From Raja brachyura (taxonomy: Eukaryota), in the NCBI GenBank assembly GCA_963514005.1, contig OY740783.1, positions 73,284,001-73,348,000 of the forward strand: a stretch of 64,000 nt of DNA, read 5' to 3'. A program made the position numbers and the translations under genes. Under the pieces are notes generated by a model. It was not told the DNA's origin, ran no database searches, and was given only the letters and a program-made list of their open reading frames with translations. This document shows, in pieces, positions 1 through 14,373 of the stretch. Position 1 is the first letter of the stretch. Each line of letters opens with the position of its first letter.

Positions 1-483
1 GTCGCGAATTAGTTGTTATTATGGGTGCTCCCACCCGTGCTCCCCATGTCAGAGTACCCTGCGTGCTCCCCCGTGTCGCACCCTTCCCCCTCCCCATAGT
101 AGCACTTTGACTTCAGACCTCTTCTGGAGCAAGTTAAGATTGAACAGGAAATTCCAAAAAACATCCACTTCCCATGAATGAATAAGTTAAACTAAAAACA
201 TTTTATGAATTTGAATAGGGATCCTCTTTGCACAGGGCTGCCAGTGGCACAGTGCATCTTGGATAACAGCTGCTGAATTTATTATTTTAATGCACCTTGA
301 TTGCATCTGCATATAAATAATGGTTCTGCCCTAACGTTGATGACATTGCATTCTCTAATTAAGTCCTTATTAACATTGAAGGACAATCAATCAAAAAGAT
401 TGCTCCACTTTGTCTCTCGCTTTACTAGCTGATATTGATAACAATGTTTGAAATGAGTTTTGTCAATAAATTTGAGGTGGTAA

Positions 484-690
<207 letters not shown>

Positions 691-1389
691 TAGATTAACC
701 TTTCAGTTCAACAGGAAAGTATTTGTAATATCTTGCGGCTTTTTGGGGGAGTGTGAAGCTGGAAATCTCATTAATTTTTAGGTGCTGCTTGTTGTGAATT
801 TTACTTATTTTATGTAGCGAATTATATTCAGATGCATGTCCTTGCTCCTTTTTCACTCCTTTACTGTATTCATGGCAGCCTTGGTCCTTTACCTTGAATT
901 TTCAGTCAAGCAATATATTGTTATTCTTATTGGCTATTTAAATTTAAACCTGGATCTCCAAACGCAGTCCTTTTCTACTTATCAATACCCAAAACATCCA
1001 TGGTTTGAAATTGATATAGCAAATTCTAAAAATGGGAAGAAAAGCATTTTTTTTTTTTTAATGTGATTTAGGTATAAATGCAATAGTAATAAAATTGTTA
1101 GCAGACAAAGCTAATTGTTTTGTAACAGCTGCAATATTCTATGATCTATTATTCCACCTGTTTTTCTGAGATTTAATTTTCATTTCCACCTTTCCATTTT
1201 AACAATGCCTTGTCCATTAGATTTTCTTTCCTTGTGTTTTCTGTTTCTTGCACTCTCCCCAAATGTACAACTGATTTTAGACCTGTATTTGTCACTGTTA
1301 ATCTCGGGTTACATTGTCAATTAACTTTCTTGTATATATTGGTGCATTCATTATATTTTTAGCCTTCAAGATACATTAGACTTCAGACA

Positions 1390-1665
1390 TATAGTGTGTA
1401 AACAGGCCCTTGAACCAACTGAGTCCACACCGACCATCGATCACCTTGTATAGTAGCACTATCCTACACACTAGGGACAATTTACAGAAACCATTCAAAC
1501 CTACAAACCTGTCCATTTTTCGAATGTAGGAGGAAACCAGAATCCCGGAGAAAACCCACACGGTCATAGGAGAATGTACAAAACTCTGCACAGACAACAC
1601 CCGTAGCCGAAATCTAACCCGGGTCTTTGGCACTGTAAGGCAGCAACTCTATCGCTGTGCCGCCC
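1390..1665 (-). mobile_element. tRNA-derived V-SINE (HE1-like)
   Basis: Reverse complement shows a tRNA-like head, the V-domain (GTGGGTTTTCTCCGGG...GGTTTCCTCC) and a CR1-like tail; same family as 18479-18782. Confidence 0.85.
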
Positions 1666-2261
1666 TTTTTTTTCACTTACAATTTATAAATGAGTTACAA
1701 TTAAAACCGAATAATTGAAAAACCCTATGGAACATTATTTCAAAGGTACTGGAATATAACTGCATTTGTACAAAACTTTGGCCACTTCCTAAATGGGGTG
1801 CTTAATCCAGTGTGGGTAACTTCACCTCAGCAGAATATGATGACCTTTGGGAGTGTACTGCTCACATTGGCCAAAATGATTCTCGACCTCTGGATCAAAT
1901 TGAGGACCGTTTCTATAAGCATGCCTTATATGCCATTTTTAGATGGTGAATAAAGTGTTGCAGATGAAAGGATATGGAGTAATTTTGGATAACTTATTTC
2001 CTGTGTCCGACGAATTTGGAGAAGGGGGTACTGTCTTAGAATTCTCAAAGCACTATTTCTCACCCATTATCCTGGAAACTTGGGTTTCCACTGAAACACA
2101 GGGTAAATTGGTTTAATTTTTGTTTTAGGACAGAGATCAACGTATCTAAAGTAGGAGTACTGAGGCATATGCGACAAAGATTAATAATTGGTGATGATGT
2201 ACAGATGAGCTAGGATTCAATGGAATGTCGGTAGACTATGTTTGGTTACGTTTAGATGCAT

Positions 2262-2470
2262 CATGGAAATGGGCCCTTTGGCCCGCTGTGTCGACTATTA
2301 TCATTCTTTCATACCAGTTTTATGGTATCTCACTTGCTCATCCCATCGCTACACATGATGGGCAATTTCTCAAAGGCCATTTAACCTACAAACCAGCACA
2401 TCTTTGAGACGTAGGAGGAAACAGAAGACAACCTAGATGGTCACAAGGTGAACGTGCAAACTTCCAAAAA
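2262..2470 (-). mobile_element. Partial degenerate V-SINE
   Basis: Similarity to the 3' half of the 1390-1665 copy. Confidence 0.65.
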
Positions 2471-2611
2471 AATGTGTACATGGTCTTTTGGAAGAAGCAG
2501 GTTAAATGGCCTGAATGTTACTATATTAGAATATATTAGGATATTGAATAGTATTATCTGATAATATATTTTCCTGTTATTGTGTAACATGACCTTATTA
2601 CCTGTCAGTAT

Positions 2612-4016
2612 GAAACATAGAAACATAGAAATTAGGTGCAGGATTAGGCCATTCGGCCCTTCGAGCCTGCACCGCCATTCAATATGATCATGGCTGATCA
2701 TCCAACTCAGTATCCCGTACCTGCCTTCTCTCCATACCCTCTGATCGCCCTAGCCACAAGGGCCACATCTAACACCCTCTTAAATATAGCCAATGAACTG
2801 GCCTCAACTACCCTCTGTGGCAGAGAGTTCCAGAGACCCACCACTCTCTGTGTGAAAAAAATTCTTCTCATCTCGGTCCTAAAGGATTTCCCCCTTATCC
2901 TTAAGCTGTGACCACTTGTCCTGGACCTCCCCAACATCGGGAACAATCTTCCTGCATCTAGCCTGTCCAACTCCTTAAGAATCTTGTAAGTTTCTATAAG
3001 ATCCCCTCTCAATCTCCTAAATTCTAGAGAGTATAAACCGAGTCTATGCAGTCTTTGTTCATAAGACAGTCCTGACATCCCAGGAATCAGTCTGGTGAAC
3101 CTTCGCTGCACTCCCTCTATGGCAATAATGTCCTTCCTCAGATTTGGAGACCAGAACTGTACGCAATACTCCAGGTGTGGCCTCACCAAGACCCTATACA
3201 ACTGAAGTAGAACCTCCCTGCTCCTATACTCAAATCCTTTTGCTATGAAAGCTAACATACCATTGGCTTTCTTCACTGCCTGCTGTACCTGCATGCCTAC
3301 TTTCAATGACTGGTGTACCATGACACCCAGGTCGCGCTGCATCTCCCCTTTTCCTAATCGGCCACCATTTAGATAGTAGTCGGTTTTCCTATTTTTGCCA
3401 CCAAAGTGGATAACCTCACATTTATCCACATTATACTGCATCTGCCAAACATTTGCCCACTCACCCAGCCTATCCAAGTCACCTTGCATTCTCCTAGCAT
3501 CCTCCTCACAGCTAACACTGCCCCCAGCTTAGTGTCATCCGCAAACTTGGAGATATTGCCTTCAATTCCCTCATCCAGATCATTTATGTATATTGTAAAT
3601 AGCTGGGGTCCCAGCACTGAGCCTTGCGGTACCCCACTAGTCACTGCCTGCCATTGTGAAAACGACCCGTTAACTCCTACTCTTTGCTTCCTGTTTGCCA
3701 GCCAGTTCTCTATCCACATCAATACTGAACCCCCAAAGCCATATGCTTTAAGTTTATATACTAATCGCTTATGTGGGACCTTGTCGAAAGCCTTCTGGAA
3801 GTCCAGATACACCACATCCACTGGTTCTCCCCCATCCACGCTACTAGTTACATCCTCGAAAAATTCCACAAGATTCGTCAGACATGATTTACCTTTTGTA
3901 AATCCATGCTGTCTTTGTCCAATGATTTCACCACTTTCCAAATGTGCTGCTATCCCATCTTTAATAACTGACTCTAGCAGTTTCCCCACTACCGATGTTA
4001 GACTAACTGGTCTGTA
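2612..4016 (-). mobile_element. 5'-truncated CR1 LINE (subfamily A, (CTATGTTT)n tail) in a KANK1 intron
   Basis: RT motifs [10 protein letters not shown] and KFADD across ORFs 3369-3989 and 2707-3489 joined by one frameshift; tail at 2612; possible GTATGA TSD (2608-2613 / 4014-4019). Confidence 0.95.
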
Positions 4017-4213
4017 TGATTGCCTATGACTCCATTATTAAGCACAACGTTCCACGAATCCTGAGGGATGTGCAATTAGCAAGTATTTGTTGAAGTGGTT
4101 TGGAACTTAACTCCAACTACTTCATCCTGCAGGTTGTATGAATTGTCCAGCATCTAAATAGTTGCAATGAATATAATTGATCAATTCTCCTCCCTCTCTC
4201 TTATTGGTTTTAG

Positions 4214-4468
<255 letters not shown>

Positions 4469-5282
4469 TGATCCTTCCCTCTATCAGACAGACTCTATTT
4501 ATGCAAACCTCAATTTATTAACAGTGAATGTTTTCAAAGAGTGATTGGAACTGTCTTGATTCAGTGGATGAATCTGACTCTGTTTCAAAGCCAGTTACTG
4601 AATGTAAAAGGGCATAGTGTTTGAGTTGTGAAACACCACTTCAATACAGTTGCCATTGACTGTGCTGTTTCTGTAGGAAAGCACTAAATAAATAACCAGT
4701 TTCCATTTAGTTATTTACCTACAGAGAAGGCTGCTTTAATCTCTTCCCCTTCATTGAGCATTCCCGTGCCTGAGCCAGTGTTCCATTTATTTTGTGTCTT
4801 CATCAGATGATCCAAACAGATCTATCATTGTTATGGAACATCCTTGATGTACTTATTGCAAAATGAATGAGGATTCTGTGTTTGTGATGGAATAGAACCT
4901 CCTATGTACAGTCCAGCAGACAGAGAAATGAATGCATTTTGGGCTGACCTTAGCTGAAGCAGTAATTGGGGTGGTGAGGCTGGTCTTGTTAATACTGATC
5001 CTGTGAGGTTTGCCAGGATTCTTGTACTTAACACCAGCAAATACAAAAGACAACATTTAAATGTGCTGCAATTTATTTGGTTAAACTCATCTTAATTTTG
5101 TGGTATGCCCAAGGCTGTTCTTGACCAGGCCAATTTCAGAAACTAGCAGATATAAGACTCTGATGTCTGACATAAGAACTAATGAAATCAATTGCATTGG
5201 ATTACTCCATGCAGTGTTGACACATGTTCTGAATCAATGTCCTACCACTGCCGCACCAGAAACCTGTTGGTCAAAATAACAA

Positions 5283-5566
5283 GAGATACAGCACGGAAAC
5301 AGGCCCACCGAGACCACGCTGACCAACGATCACCGTACACTAACACTGTCCTACACACTAGGAACAATTTACAAATTTACCGGTCAATTAATCTGCGAAC
5401 CTGTATGTCTTTGGAATATGGGAGGAAATTGGCGCATCCAGAGAAAACCCACATGAGCACTGGGAGAGATGTAGAAATTTGGTACAGATAGTACCCACAG
5501 TCAGAATCAAACCCAGGTCTCCAGTCCTGTAAGGTAGCAACTCTACTGCTGCGTCACTGTACCATC
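5283..5566 (-). mobile_element. V-SINE (HE1-like)
   Basis: Collinear with the 1390-1665 and 51612-51902 copies. Confidence 0.8.
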
Positions 5567-5993
5567 CTGAAATCTATAGGGAGTGGAGTAAGGGGCAGAG
5601 AATGCATCCTTATGGTGCACTGGTACTGAGAATTAACATGGAAGATGCTTTACTGTAATAATACTTAAAAATTCAATGATAGTTTTTTTGATTATTGCCA
5701 GTTCCTGCTCAAAGCTGGTTGTTAAATACAAAGCTTGAAACTGAATTGTTTTTTTTTACAATTTTGGAACAATACCAGTTTATCAAACTTTATTTGAAAA
5801 AAAGATTACTCACTGCTGAAGTTTTAAATTAGCTCAGAGTAAGTATTTCAATCACATCTCCATGTATTTTCTGGTCATAACATAATTGAAATAAAATTAA
5901 TTGTTAAATAAAATTGCTGGCCATTGTCAATAATTGATCTCTAAATGAATTTCTGAATTTCTGTAATATGCAGATATTTGAGTAGTATTTTAA

Positions 5994-6131
<138 letters not shown>

Positions 6132-6929
6132 TAGAGATCATTTGCCTTTAATATGTGAATATTTAAAGCTTAAATGGTCTGTGGATAAATGTTCTTTGGT
6201 TAAAATCTGTGTTGCTTTACTATCCTCATTAAATGCTTGTGTATTTTAGCATAGTAGTTACAGCCAATACAGAGCTTTTTGTGTCTCTTTGACCTCTGTA
6301 ACACATCCTAGCCACATTTTTGGGTAATGTTGCTTTATGTGATGCTTGACAAATTGAATCTCTTTGGCCTGTGAAGGAAATGCCTACGTGGAGCTCTCTC
6401 CGTTTAATACAGTTGTTGCCTTGACAACTTTGACTTGCACCTATCTCAGACATTCCTTCTGGCCACTCCAGCTTCCCCCTCCCTCTCTGCAACTTAAAGC
6501 ATGCTTGTTTTCTCACTTCTTCAGTATTGATGGCAGATTCTTGACCGGAAATGTTTCTCTCATCACCAATGCTGCCTTGACCCGTTGAGTGCTTCCAAGT
6601 TTTATTAATTTTCCAGCATCTGTTTTTCCTTGCCTTAATCCACTTTTGTTTGTTGTAACCAAGATCTAAATAGAGTTCATTGTATTTATATAGTAAAAAT
6701 GATTAGCATATTGAGTACAAGAACACCTACATTTGCCAATAAATTAAGGTAAATTTATATTAATAATTATTAATTCACCCTTCCAAGTAATTCTGTCCTT
6801 GCAGTTAGCTGGAGTTTCAAGCCTTCATCCATTACACTGCTCCTGTGTTTTATTGAGGGGGATCTATTTTGCACCTTATATGAATGTTAAATATCTTGGT
6901 GGCAATTACATTTCAGTTCTTTCAACTTG

Positions 6930-7390
6930 GAGAGTACTTGGAGGTTTGTAAGGGAGCAGAGATTTATGAGTATGTTGCCGGGAGTTGAAGCTCTCTGAGT
7001 TGTAGGGAAAGGTTGGGCAGGTTAGGTCTTTGTTCTTTGGAGCACAAGAGGCTGAGGGGTAATCATATAGTGGGGCATAAAATCAAGAGGGGATTAGATA
7101 GCATGAAAGAACCATATCTTTTCCAAGGGTAGGAGCACCAAGCACAAGAGGTTTCAGGTGAGGGAAAAATTAAAAGCAACCAGAGGCAACTTTTTCCATG
7201 CAGAATGTGGAGGGTATATAGTGGGTACATGGAACAAGCTGCCAGAGGAAGTTGTTGAGGCAAGTACAATAATAATAATTTAAAAACATTTGGACAGATT
7301 CATGGATAGGAAAGGCTTAGAGGGATATGGGGTATATAGGTCTAACTATGATGAGGCATGGATGAGTCAGGCCAAAGGCTCGTGACTCTG
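6930..7390 (+). mobile_element. Old degenerate CR1 3' fragment
   Basis: Decayed similarity to the CR1 3' end at 20700-21150. Confidence 0.65.
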
Positions 7391-7611
7391 GACTTAAAAG
7401 AACTAAATGGAAATAAATTGCATTCGAATAATGTAAATTGGTTAGAACATTGGGCAAACAATGCCTATTTGTGCCATTGTTTCCAAAATATTTAAAATTT
7501 TAATATTGATGTTTGAACCTTAAAATTCTTTCAGTAGTGTTCAATGTATACTTTTAGTTGAATGTGTTATAGATTTCCAGCTCCTAAATCTGTTCTTTAT
7601 TATTTTAAAAG

Positions 7612-7674
7612 GGAACTCCTCGATTAGGAAGGAAAACCTCTCCAAGTCCAACGCGCCGGAGCAAATTCGATTGA
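7612..7674 (+). CDS. KANK1: KANK1 last coding exon to stop
   Basis: AG acceptor 7610-7611; GTPRLGRKTSPSPTRRSKFD*, the C-terminus typical of KANK1 rather than KANK2-4. Confidence 0.95.
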   Translation, partial: GTPRLGRKTSPSPTRRSKFD

Positions 7675-8530
7675 TTAGTACTTACCATTCACCTAATCCT
7701 TTACCAAGCTGCTATGTATTGTTAATATTGACAGATACTGAATGTAAATGTGTGCCTGAGCTCACCAGCAAAATAACTGTTTCTTAGCAATAGTACTAAA
7801 GGTAGCTCTGCCAATCCATTGACCAGCAACTAAACTGAAAAGCTTTATGGGAGCTGGCATTATTCACTCTTCATGATGCTTAGCATTACGGTGCTGATGT
7901 TGCAAGCTTTATCAGAGTGTTTAAAATTCCATCTTTATTTTTAGTCCTTGGTGATCACATAATATGTGACGGTTTCATTTGACTGCATTCAATGTTAGAA
8001 GTTATAATCTATATTTTTGTCTATATAAACTTCATTAAATAAGTGTCATGATACTTTTTAGAATTATATTTATATTTGATGAAAATATAGAATAAAATGG
8101 TAACATTAAAATTAAGATGATTTGAGGGGATGACCTCTGTATAGGTCTCCCTTTATCACAGAAACTATCTCCTGATTATTGAAACTTTTATATATCAAAC
8201 AAAATCGTTTGTATCGTTAAAAATTGTCATACAGTATTTTCAACCTATTTTATACATAGCCTAAAATAAATTTACATGAATAACGATTTACTATTGACCA
8301 CAACTTTTTAATTCTTTTAGAATTTGTCATTTGTATCTAATTTGGTTTTGGTGACAATGAGGTATTATTTGTATATCGACCTGTCCAATTAAAGCCCTGT
8401 GTATGGATTTTTGTGCATATTTATAAGGCTGAAATGTTGTCACATTTAAATTGTGGTGTGTATTTAAATGTTTGAAGTGCCTTAGATCCTTGCCATATTT
8501 TCAGAATAAAAGTTCCATTATACTAATATG
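7675..8530 (+). other. KANK1: KANK1 3' UTR (probable extent)
   Basis: AU-rich, repeat-free sequence after the stop; AATAAA at 8091, 8265 and 8505. Confidence 0.65.
8505..8510 (+). terminator. Probable main polyadenylation signal of KANK1
   Basis: AATAAA followed ~20 nt later by a GU/U-rich tract (tgttgtattgtt). Confidence 0.55.
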
Positions 8531-9164
8531 TTGTATTGTTAAATCAATGTAATTTAAAAAATATAAACTAAATCAGCTCCGGTATTAGGTCAGATCCTTT
8601 GCTCATTTAGGATCACATCACAAGTACTGGATTTTTATATTTTTTACATTTGGTGTCTGTGGCTCATTAAACCCCTCTTAATTCCCATATCAATGATGTT
8701 TCTTGGGTACAAGAATATTTGGCAAATAACATTTGAGTCTACTGTTGCAATAAATGATATTTGGTAACTAAAGTCAATTGCCATTGGTTGAATTGTTTCT
8801 GAAGATCAGCTCCACCACGGTTTATTGGAAATGAGGTGCAGCATTCTGTCAGAAAAGATTGAAGAATGTGGCCGAGCAATGATATAGCATTGTTCGATGT
8901 TGGACTTACCCAAGTTCGGCTAATAACACTAGGTAACCATAGTACTGCATAAATCAAAGCTCATAGTGCAACCAACCACACAGTCCATAAACGGTCATGG
9001 TTGCTGAAGTTAGTGTTGTGCAGTGTAACTCTACCCTCCATTTTTCTTTCATGTAGTAATGCCAAAATGAGAGCCTAGCCTGGGTGGTGTAGGTCTTTAA
9101 TATTGGCTGTCTTTTGGAGCTAGTACTTCCCATGGATTCCTTTGTTGGTGGGGAAGTCAGAACC

Positions 9165-9310
9165 TGTGATGGACCCGCGTTCAATCCTAAATTTGGGTGC
9201 GGTCTGTGTGGCGTTAGCACATTCTCTAGGTGTTCTACCTTCCTTTTGCATCCCAAAGATGAGTGCTGGTAACTTAAATGATCACTGTTAATTGTCCCTA
9301 GTGTATAAGT
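9165..9310 (+). mobile_element. Degenerate V-SINE fragment
   Basis: B-box-like GTTCAATCC and remnants of the V-domain and tail (TTGTCCCTAGTGT). Confidence 0.55.
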
Positions 9311-9409
9311 GAATGGACTAATTTTGAGGGGAGATGTGGGGAGAATGGAAAAATAAAATTAGATTAAAGTGAAATTAATATATTCTGACTCTGAGCCAAA
9401 GAGCTTGTT

Positions 9410-9605
9410 TCTCTATGAACTCTGACCTGGACGTCTGCAGCTGGCACGGGAAAGATATCACTAATGCCTTATCTGCCGAATTTTCCAAATCCACTGGAAG
9501 GATAAATGAACCTACATCAGTGTCCTCTCCCAGTCTAACATCTCCAGCAATGAGGTCCGAATTACACTCGCTCAGCTCCCTTGGGCAGTCCATGTTGCTC
9601 ACAGA
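9410..9605 (+). mobile_element. RTE-clade LINE RT C-terminal remnant
   Basis: + frame reads H*CLICRIFQIHWKDK*TYISVLSQSNISSNEVRITLAQLPWAVHVAH, resembling the RTE motif HQRCLR.IL.I.W.D..TN..VL...QLRWAGHV. Confidence 0.7.
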
Positions 9606-10204
9606 CTTGTGAAGTAGACTTGCTAATGTGAGGTATAGCACATTATTTATTTTTATCGTTTTTGATAACTGCGTTGATGCACTGAATTAATCGCATCCAT
9701 CTGCCCATCAAGCACCTCCAATCATGGAAGCACCTGCTGGTTTCACATTGGCTCAATCAGTCACCTCAGAATCCAAAGTGGAATAAAGTCACCTTCATTT
9801 GAAAGGATTTGGCTATAAGACCATGTTGTTTTGGGTGGCTTTCTTTGTTCCTTCATCTTGGTGCAAAATAACATGTCACCACTACTATTTGCTAAAAGCA
9901 GGTGGATGAATAGCTCTTTGGAAACTCTGCAGATGATATCTCCAATTAAATTTTCTTGCTCTAAAAGGGCAATAAAGTGGCACTGAAGTCAACTCACTGA
10001 TTACCCCTCTCTTGCATACTATGGTTCCTTTTGGCAAGGCCACTCCTCCATGTTTTCACGCTCCATATCTCTAATCTTCCTCACAGACATCTCCCTCCTA
10101 TGCCTTGTATTATTTAGGCCCTTCTGGAATTCCCTCCCAAGCCCCCTTTGGAACTCCTGAAAACGTTTCATGTTTTCCAATCTTATAGTCATCTCTCCTT
10201 TTAT

Positions 10205-12062
10205 AACCATATAACAATTACAGCACGGAAACAGGCCATCTCGGCTCTTCAAGTCCGTGCCGAACAACTTTTTTCCCTTAGTCCCACCTGCCTGCACTCA
10301 TACCATAACCCTCCATACCCTTCTCATCCATATGCCTATCCAATTTATTTTTAAATGATACCAACGAACCTGCCGCCACCACTTCCACTGGAAGCTCATT
10401 CCACACCGCTACCACTCTCTGAGTAAAGAAGTTCCCCCTCATGTTACCCCTAAACCTCTGTCCCTTAATTCTAAAGTCATGTCCTCTTGTTTGAATCTTC
10501 CCTATTCTCAAAGGGAAAAGCTTGTCCACATTAACTCTGTCTATCCCTCTCATCATTTTAAAGACCTCTATCAAGTCACCCCTTAACCTTCTGCGCTCCA
10601 GAGAATAAAGACCTAACTTATTCAACCTATCTCTGTAACTTAGCTGTTGAAACCCAGGCAACATTCTAGTAAATCTCCTCTGTACCCTCTCTATTTTGTT
10701 GACATCCTTCCTATAATTGGGCGACCAAAATTGTACACCATACTCCAGATTTGGTCTCACCAACGTCTTGTACAATTTTAACATTACATCCCAGCTTCTA
10801 TACTCAATGCTCTGATTTATAAAGGCTAGCATACCAAAAGCTTTCTTTACCACCCTATCTATATGAGATTCTACCTTCAAGGAACTATGCACGGTTATTC
10901 CCAGATCCCTCTGTTCAACTGTGTTCTTCAATTCCCTACCGTTTACCATGTACGTCCTATTTTGATTTGTCCTGCCAAGGTGTAGCACCTCACATTTATC
11001 AGCATTAAACTCCATCTGCCATCTTTCAGCCCATTTTTCCAACTGGCCTAAATCACTCTGTAGACTTTGGAAATCCTCTTCATTATCCACAACACCCCCT
11101 ATCTTGGTATCATCTGCATACTTACTAATCCAATTTACCACCACTTCATCCAGATCATTGATGTACATGACAAACAACAAAGGACCCAACACAGATCCCT
11201 GAGGCACCCCACTAGTCACCTGCCTCCAACCCGACAAACAGCCATCCACCATTACCCTCTGGCTTCTCCCATTCAGCCACTGTTGAATCCATCTTGCTAT
11301 TCCTGCATTTATACCCAACAGTTGAACCTTCTTAACCAACCTTCCATGAGGAACCTTGTCAAAGGCCTTACTGAAGTCCATATAGACAACATCCACTGCT
11401 TTACCCTCGTCAATTTCCCTAGTAACCTCTTCAAAAAATTCAAGAAGATTAGTCAAACATGACCTTCCAGGCATAAATCCATGTTGACTGTTCCTAATTA
11501 GACCCTCTTTATCCAGATACTTATATATATTATCTCTAAGTATCTTTTCCATTAATTTGCCCACCACTGAAGTCAAACTAACCGGTCTATAATTGCTAGG
11601 TTTACTTTTAGAACCCTTTTTAAACAATGGAACAACATGCGCAGTACGCCAATCCTCGGGGACTATTCCAGTTTCTAATGACATTTGAAATATTTCTGTC
11701 ATAGCCCCGGCTATTTCTACACTAACTTCCCTCAATGTCCTAGGGAATATCCTGTCAGGACCTGGAGACTTATCCACTTTAATATTTTTCAAAAGTGCCA
11801 GTACTTCTTTTACTTTGAAACTCATAGTATCCATAGCTACTCTACTAGTTTCCCTTACCTCACATAATTCAATATCCTTCTCCTTGGTGAATACCGAAGA
11901 AAAGAAATTGTTCAATATCTCCCCCATCTCTTTTGGCTCTGCAGATAGCTGTCTACTCGGTCTCTCCAATGGACCAATTTTATCCCTTGTTATCCTTTTG
12001 CTATTAACATAGCTGTAGAAACCCTTTGGATTTACTTTCACCTTACTTGCCAAAGCAACCTC
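10205..12062 (-). mobile_element. Young 5'-truncated CR1 LINE (subfamily B, (TATGGTTA)n tail) with uninterrupted RT ORF
   Basis: ORF 10278-12092 open, with a complete RT domain (YADD); 12-bp TSD CTCTCCTTTTAT at 10193-10204 and 12063-12074. Confidence 0.97.
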
Positions 12063-13959
12063 CTCTCCTTTTATCTCCTTTGTGACTGTCAATTTGTGTT
12101 CGATAATACAGTTGTAACTAATTCTTTGGATGCACTGATGACCTTGAATTACATTTGAGCTTCTAAGGGTGAACCATCAACGGGTTAATCTAAAGTGTTA
12201 TTATTTTATAGAAAATTAATTATTACTTCTAAAATGGCAGAAAATAAATCAGATTGAATTGTTACCTGATTTTCTATTCATCATTTTTTTTGTCCCAAAT
12301 GTTTATTTTTTAACTAAATTACTATTCCGCTCCTTTCTCCATCCTTGCGCCCCCCCCCCCCCCCCTCACTCCATGTATATTCTCTCACTGTCCATGCTTG
12401 GTTAATGGATAGTCTGGAAATACATACTTACTGTGCTAACTCTTGGTGAAGCGGTGGTTCAGGAAATACCTTTTCTCCCTTTGTGTGGCTGGAACTGATA
12501 TATTTTTTTAAAGTAACACCACTGTTAGGGCATTGATGTCTTAAGCAGATGGTTGGGGCTTTAGCTGCAGATGTCCAGGGTGACTCCTGGTGGCTTATAG
12601 AACAATATTTGATGTGCTTCCCGTTCAAGTCACCAATGTGCCCCAGCTATTATTTCAAGTTAACAGAGATTAAAGACAAAAAGGCAAAGATTAAAAATTA
12701 AAGATTAAATTTGTAACAAAGGAATAAAGGCATAACACTTTAGAATCATGATTTCCATGAAGCATAAATTACTGATTTGGTTTCTGCTCTGATTAATCTA
12801 TCTAGTAGATTTAATACTATTGTTGCCAAATGTCATCTGCGAATCGAATATAAAATCTAATTTATAATCATTTATAATCAAGCTGCCAATATTATTCTTT
12901 GTGAGAACAGCCCAGAATGACACAATGTCTACTTTTCTTTCCCCTTGTAAGTGAAAGTTAAGTAAATTATTTTAAACCTGCAAAACAATAGCTTAGTTTC
13001 ATTTCCTCACTAACAGTATTGAGCCAATACCTTGAAATTACATTTTAAGTTTCGGCTTCACAAATTTTGGGTCTCAATTGTTTAAACCTGTCCTTGCCTT
13101 CACACTGTCACTGGACAATAAAGATCTATAATAAAGGCCCAGAAAGTGAATCTGTTTCCATGTCTCAGGATCATCTCTCAACGAGGTCAGACATTGGAGA
13201 TTAAATTCATCATCAACTCCTGATCTGATGAAGAGTCTAGAACTCAATTCTCATTCTGCAGATGCTGCTTGTTGGCACAGTTCTTTGGCAATTCTGATTT
13301 TGTTTTTTCCAGCTTCTGTTCTGCAGTTTTATTTGTTTTCCCCCAGTGGATGAGTGTCAGCAAGTTCTTTGTCCATCTGCAGAAAAGTGTATTCAAAAGA
13401 GAGTCAAGAGTGATTAATTGTCATATATACAGGCAACAGAACAATTAAATTAATTGCTGCAGAGAGTGGGTGAACCTGAATTGTTAAGACACAGACTAAA
13501 TGTTGGTAAATAGGATTAGTGTAAACCTGCCTGTTTCTTTACTGTGTGACTCTAATATGTTTCAGATTTATGACTAACTTTAATACAGTTTGGGAAACAG
13601 TAAGTAGCCTTTAACAATTTGTTTAAAAGCGAGTGACAGCAACACAATACGCTTCTAACAGTGACACAGTAAGCGGTGACAGAGGTGCATAGTAGCAGGG
13701 AAGGTGCAGGAAATTACACGGCAGAGCTGGCAGAGAAATGGAACCAAATGTGTCGCTGGAGAGGTTATAAAATGTGGAGCAGGATCCAGCTGAAATTTGA
13801 AGCCAAGGATTTTGAAACCAACACACCAAAGTGCAGGGAATAGGCAAGGTTTTATGCAGGATGTGGACAGTGGAGTTCTGGGAAACTGCTGCTTATGTAA
13901 TGCAGACCAAAGTAAGTCAGTAAGCAGATTTGTATTTTTTCCAGAAAATCATCAGACAG

Positions 13960-14220
13960 CCTCAGAATAAAGATTTGACAGCCTCAGAATAAAGGGATGA
14001 TGAGGAGGAATTTATTTTGCCAGAATGTGAAGAATCTGTGCAATTCATTACCGCAGACAGCTCTGGAAGCCAAGATTCTTGATTAGTAATGGTGTCAATA
14101 GTTATGTGGAGAAGGCAGGAGAATGGGGTTGAGAGAGGAAAATAGATCAGCCATGATTAAATGGCGGAATAGACTCAATGGCCCAGATGGCCTAATTCTG
14201 TTCCTATGTGTCATGTTCTT
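13960..14220 (+). mobile_element. Degenerate CR1 3' fragment
   Basis: Similarity to CR1 3' ends (GGAGAAGGCAGGAGAATGGGG...GATCAGCCATGAT...GGCCTAATTCTG). Confidence 0.65.
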
Positions 14221-14222
14221 AT

Positions 14223-14373
14223 TATGGAAACAGGCCCCTCAGCCCAACAAGGCCACGCGGACCATCCATCACCTGTACACACAAGTTCTATGTTATCCCA
14301 CTTTCTCATCCACTCCCTGCACACTAGAGACAATTTTATTTTTGCAAAAGCGAATTAACCTACAAACCCGCAA
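14223..14373 (-). mobile_element. Partial V-SINE 3' half
   Basis: Matches the tail half of the other V-SINE copies. Confidence 0.6.

Noticed and set aside
1-115. GC-rich start with a short duplicated GTGCTCCCC motif
   Set aside because: Truncated by the window edge; probably a repeat end but cannot be classified
3406-4029. Long ORFs antisense to CR1 RT (also 26928-27329, 47952-48359, 11067-11462, 46120-46581)
   Set aside because: Shadows of the CR1 coding strand, recurring only because the elements are homologous
10278-12092. 604-aa RT ORF as a host gene, retron or defence RT
   Set aside because: Typical CR1 ORF2 with tail and TSD; the first codons come from flanking DNA and the endonuclease is missing
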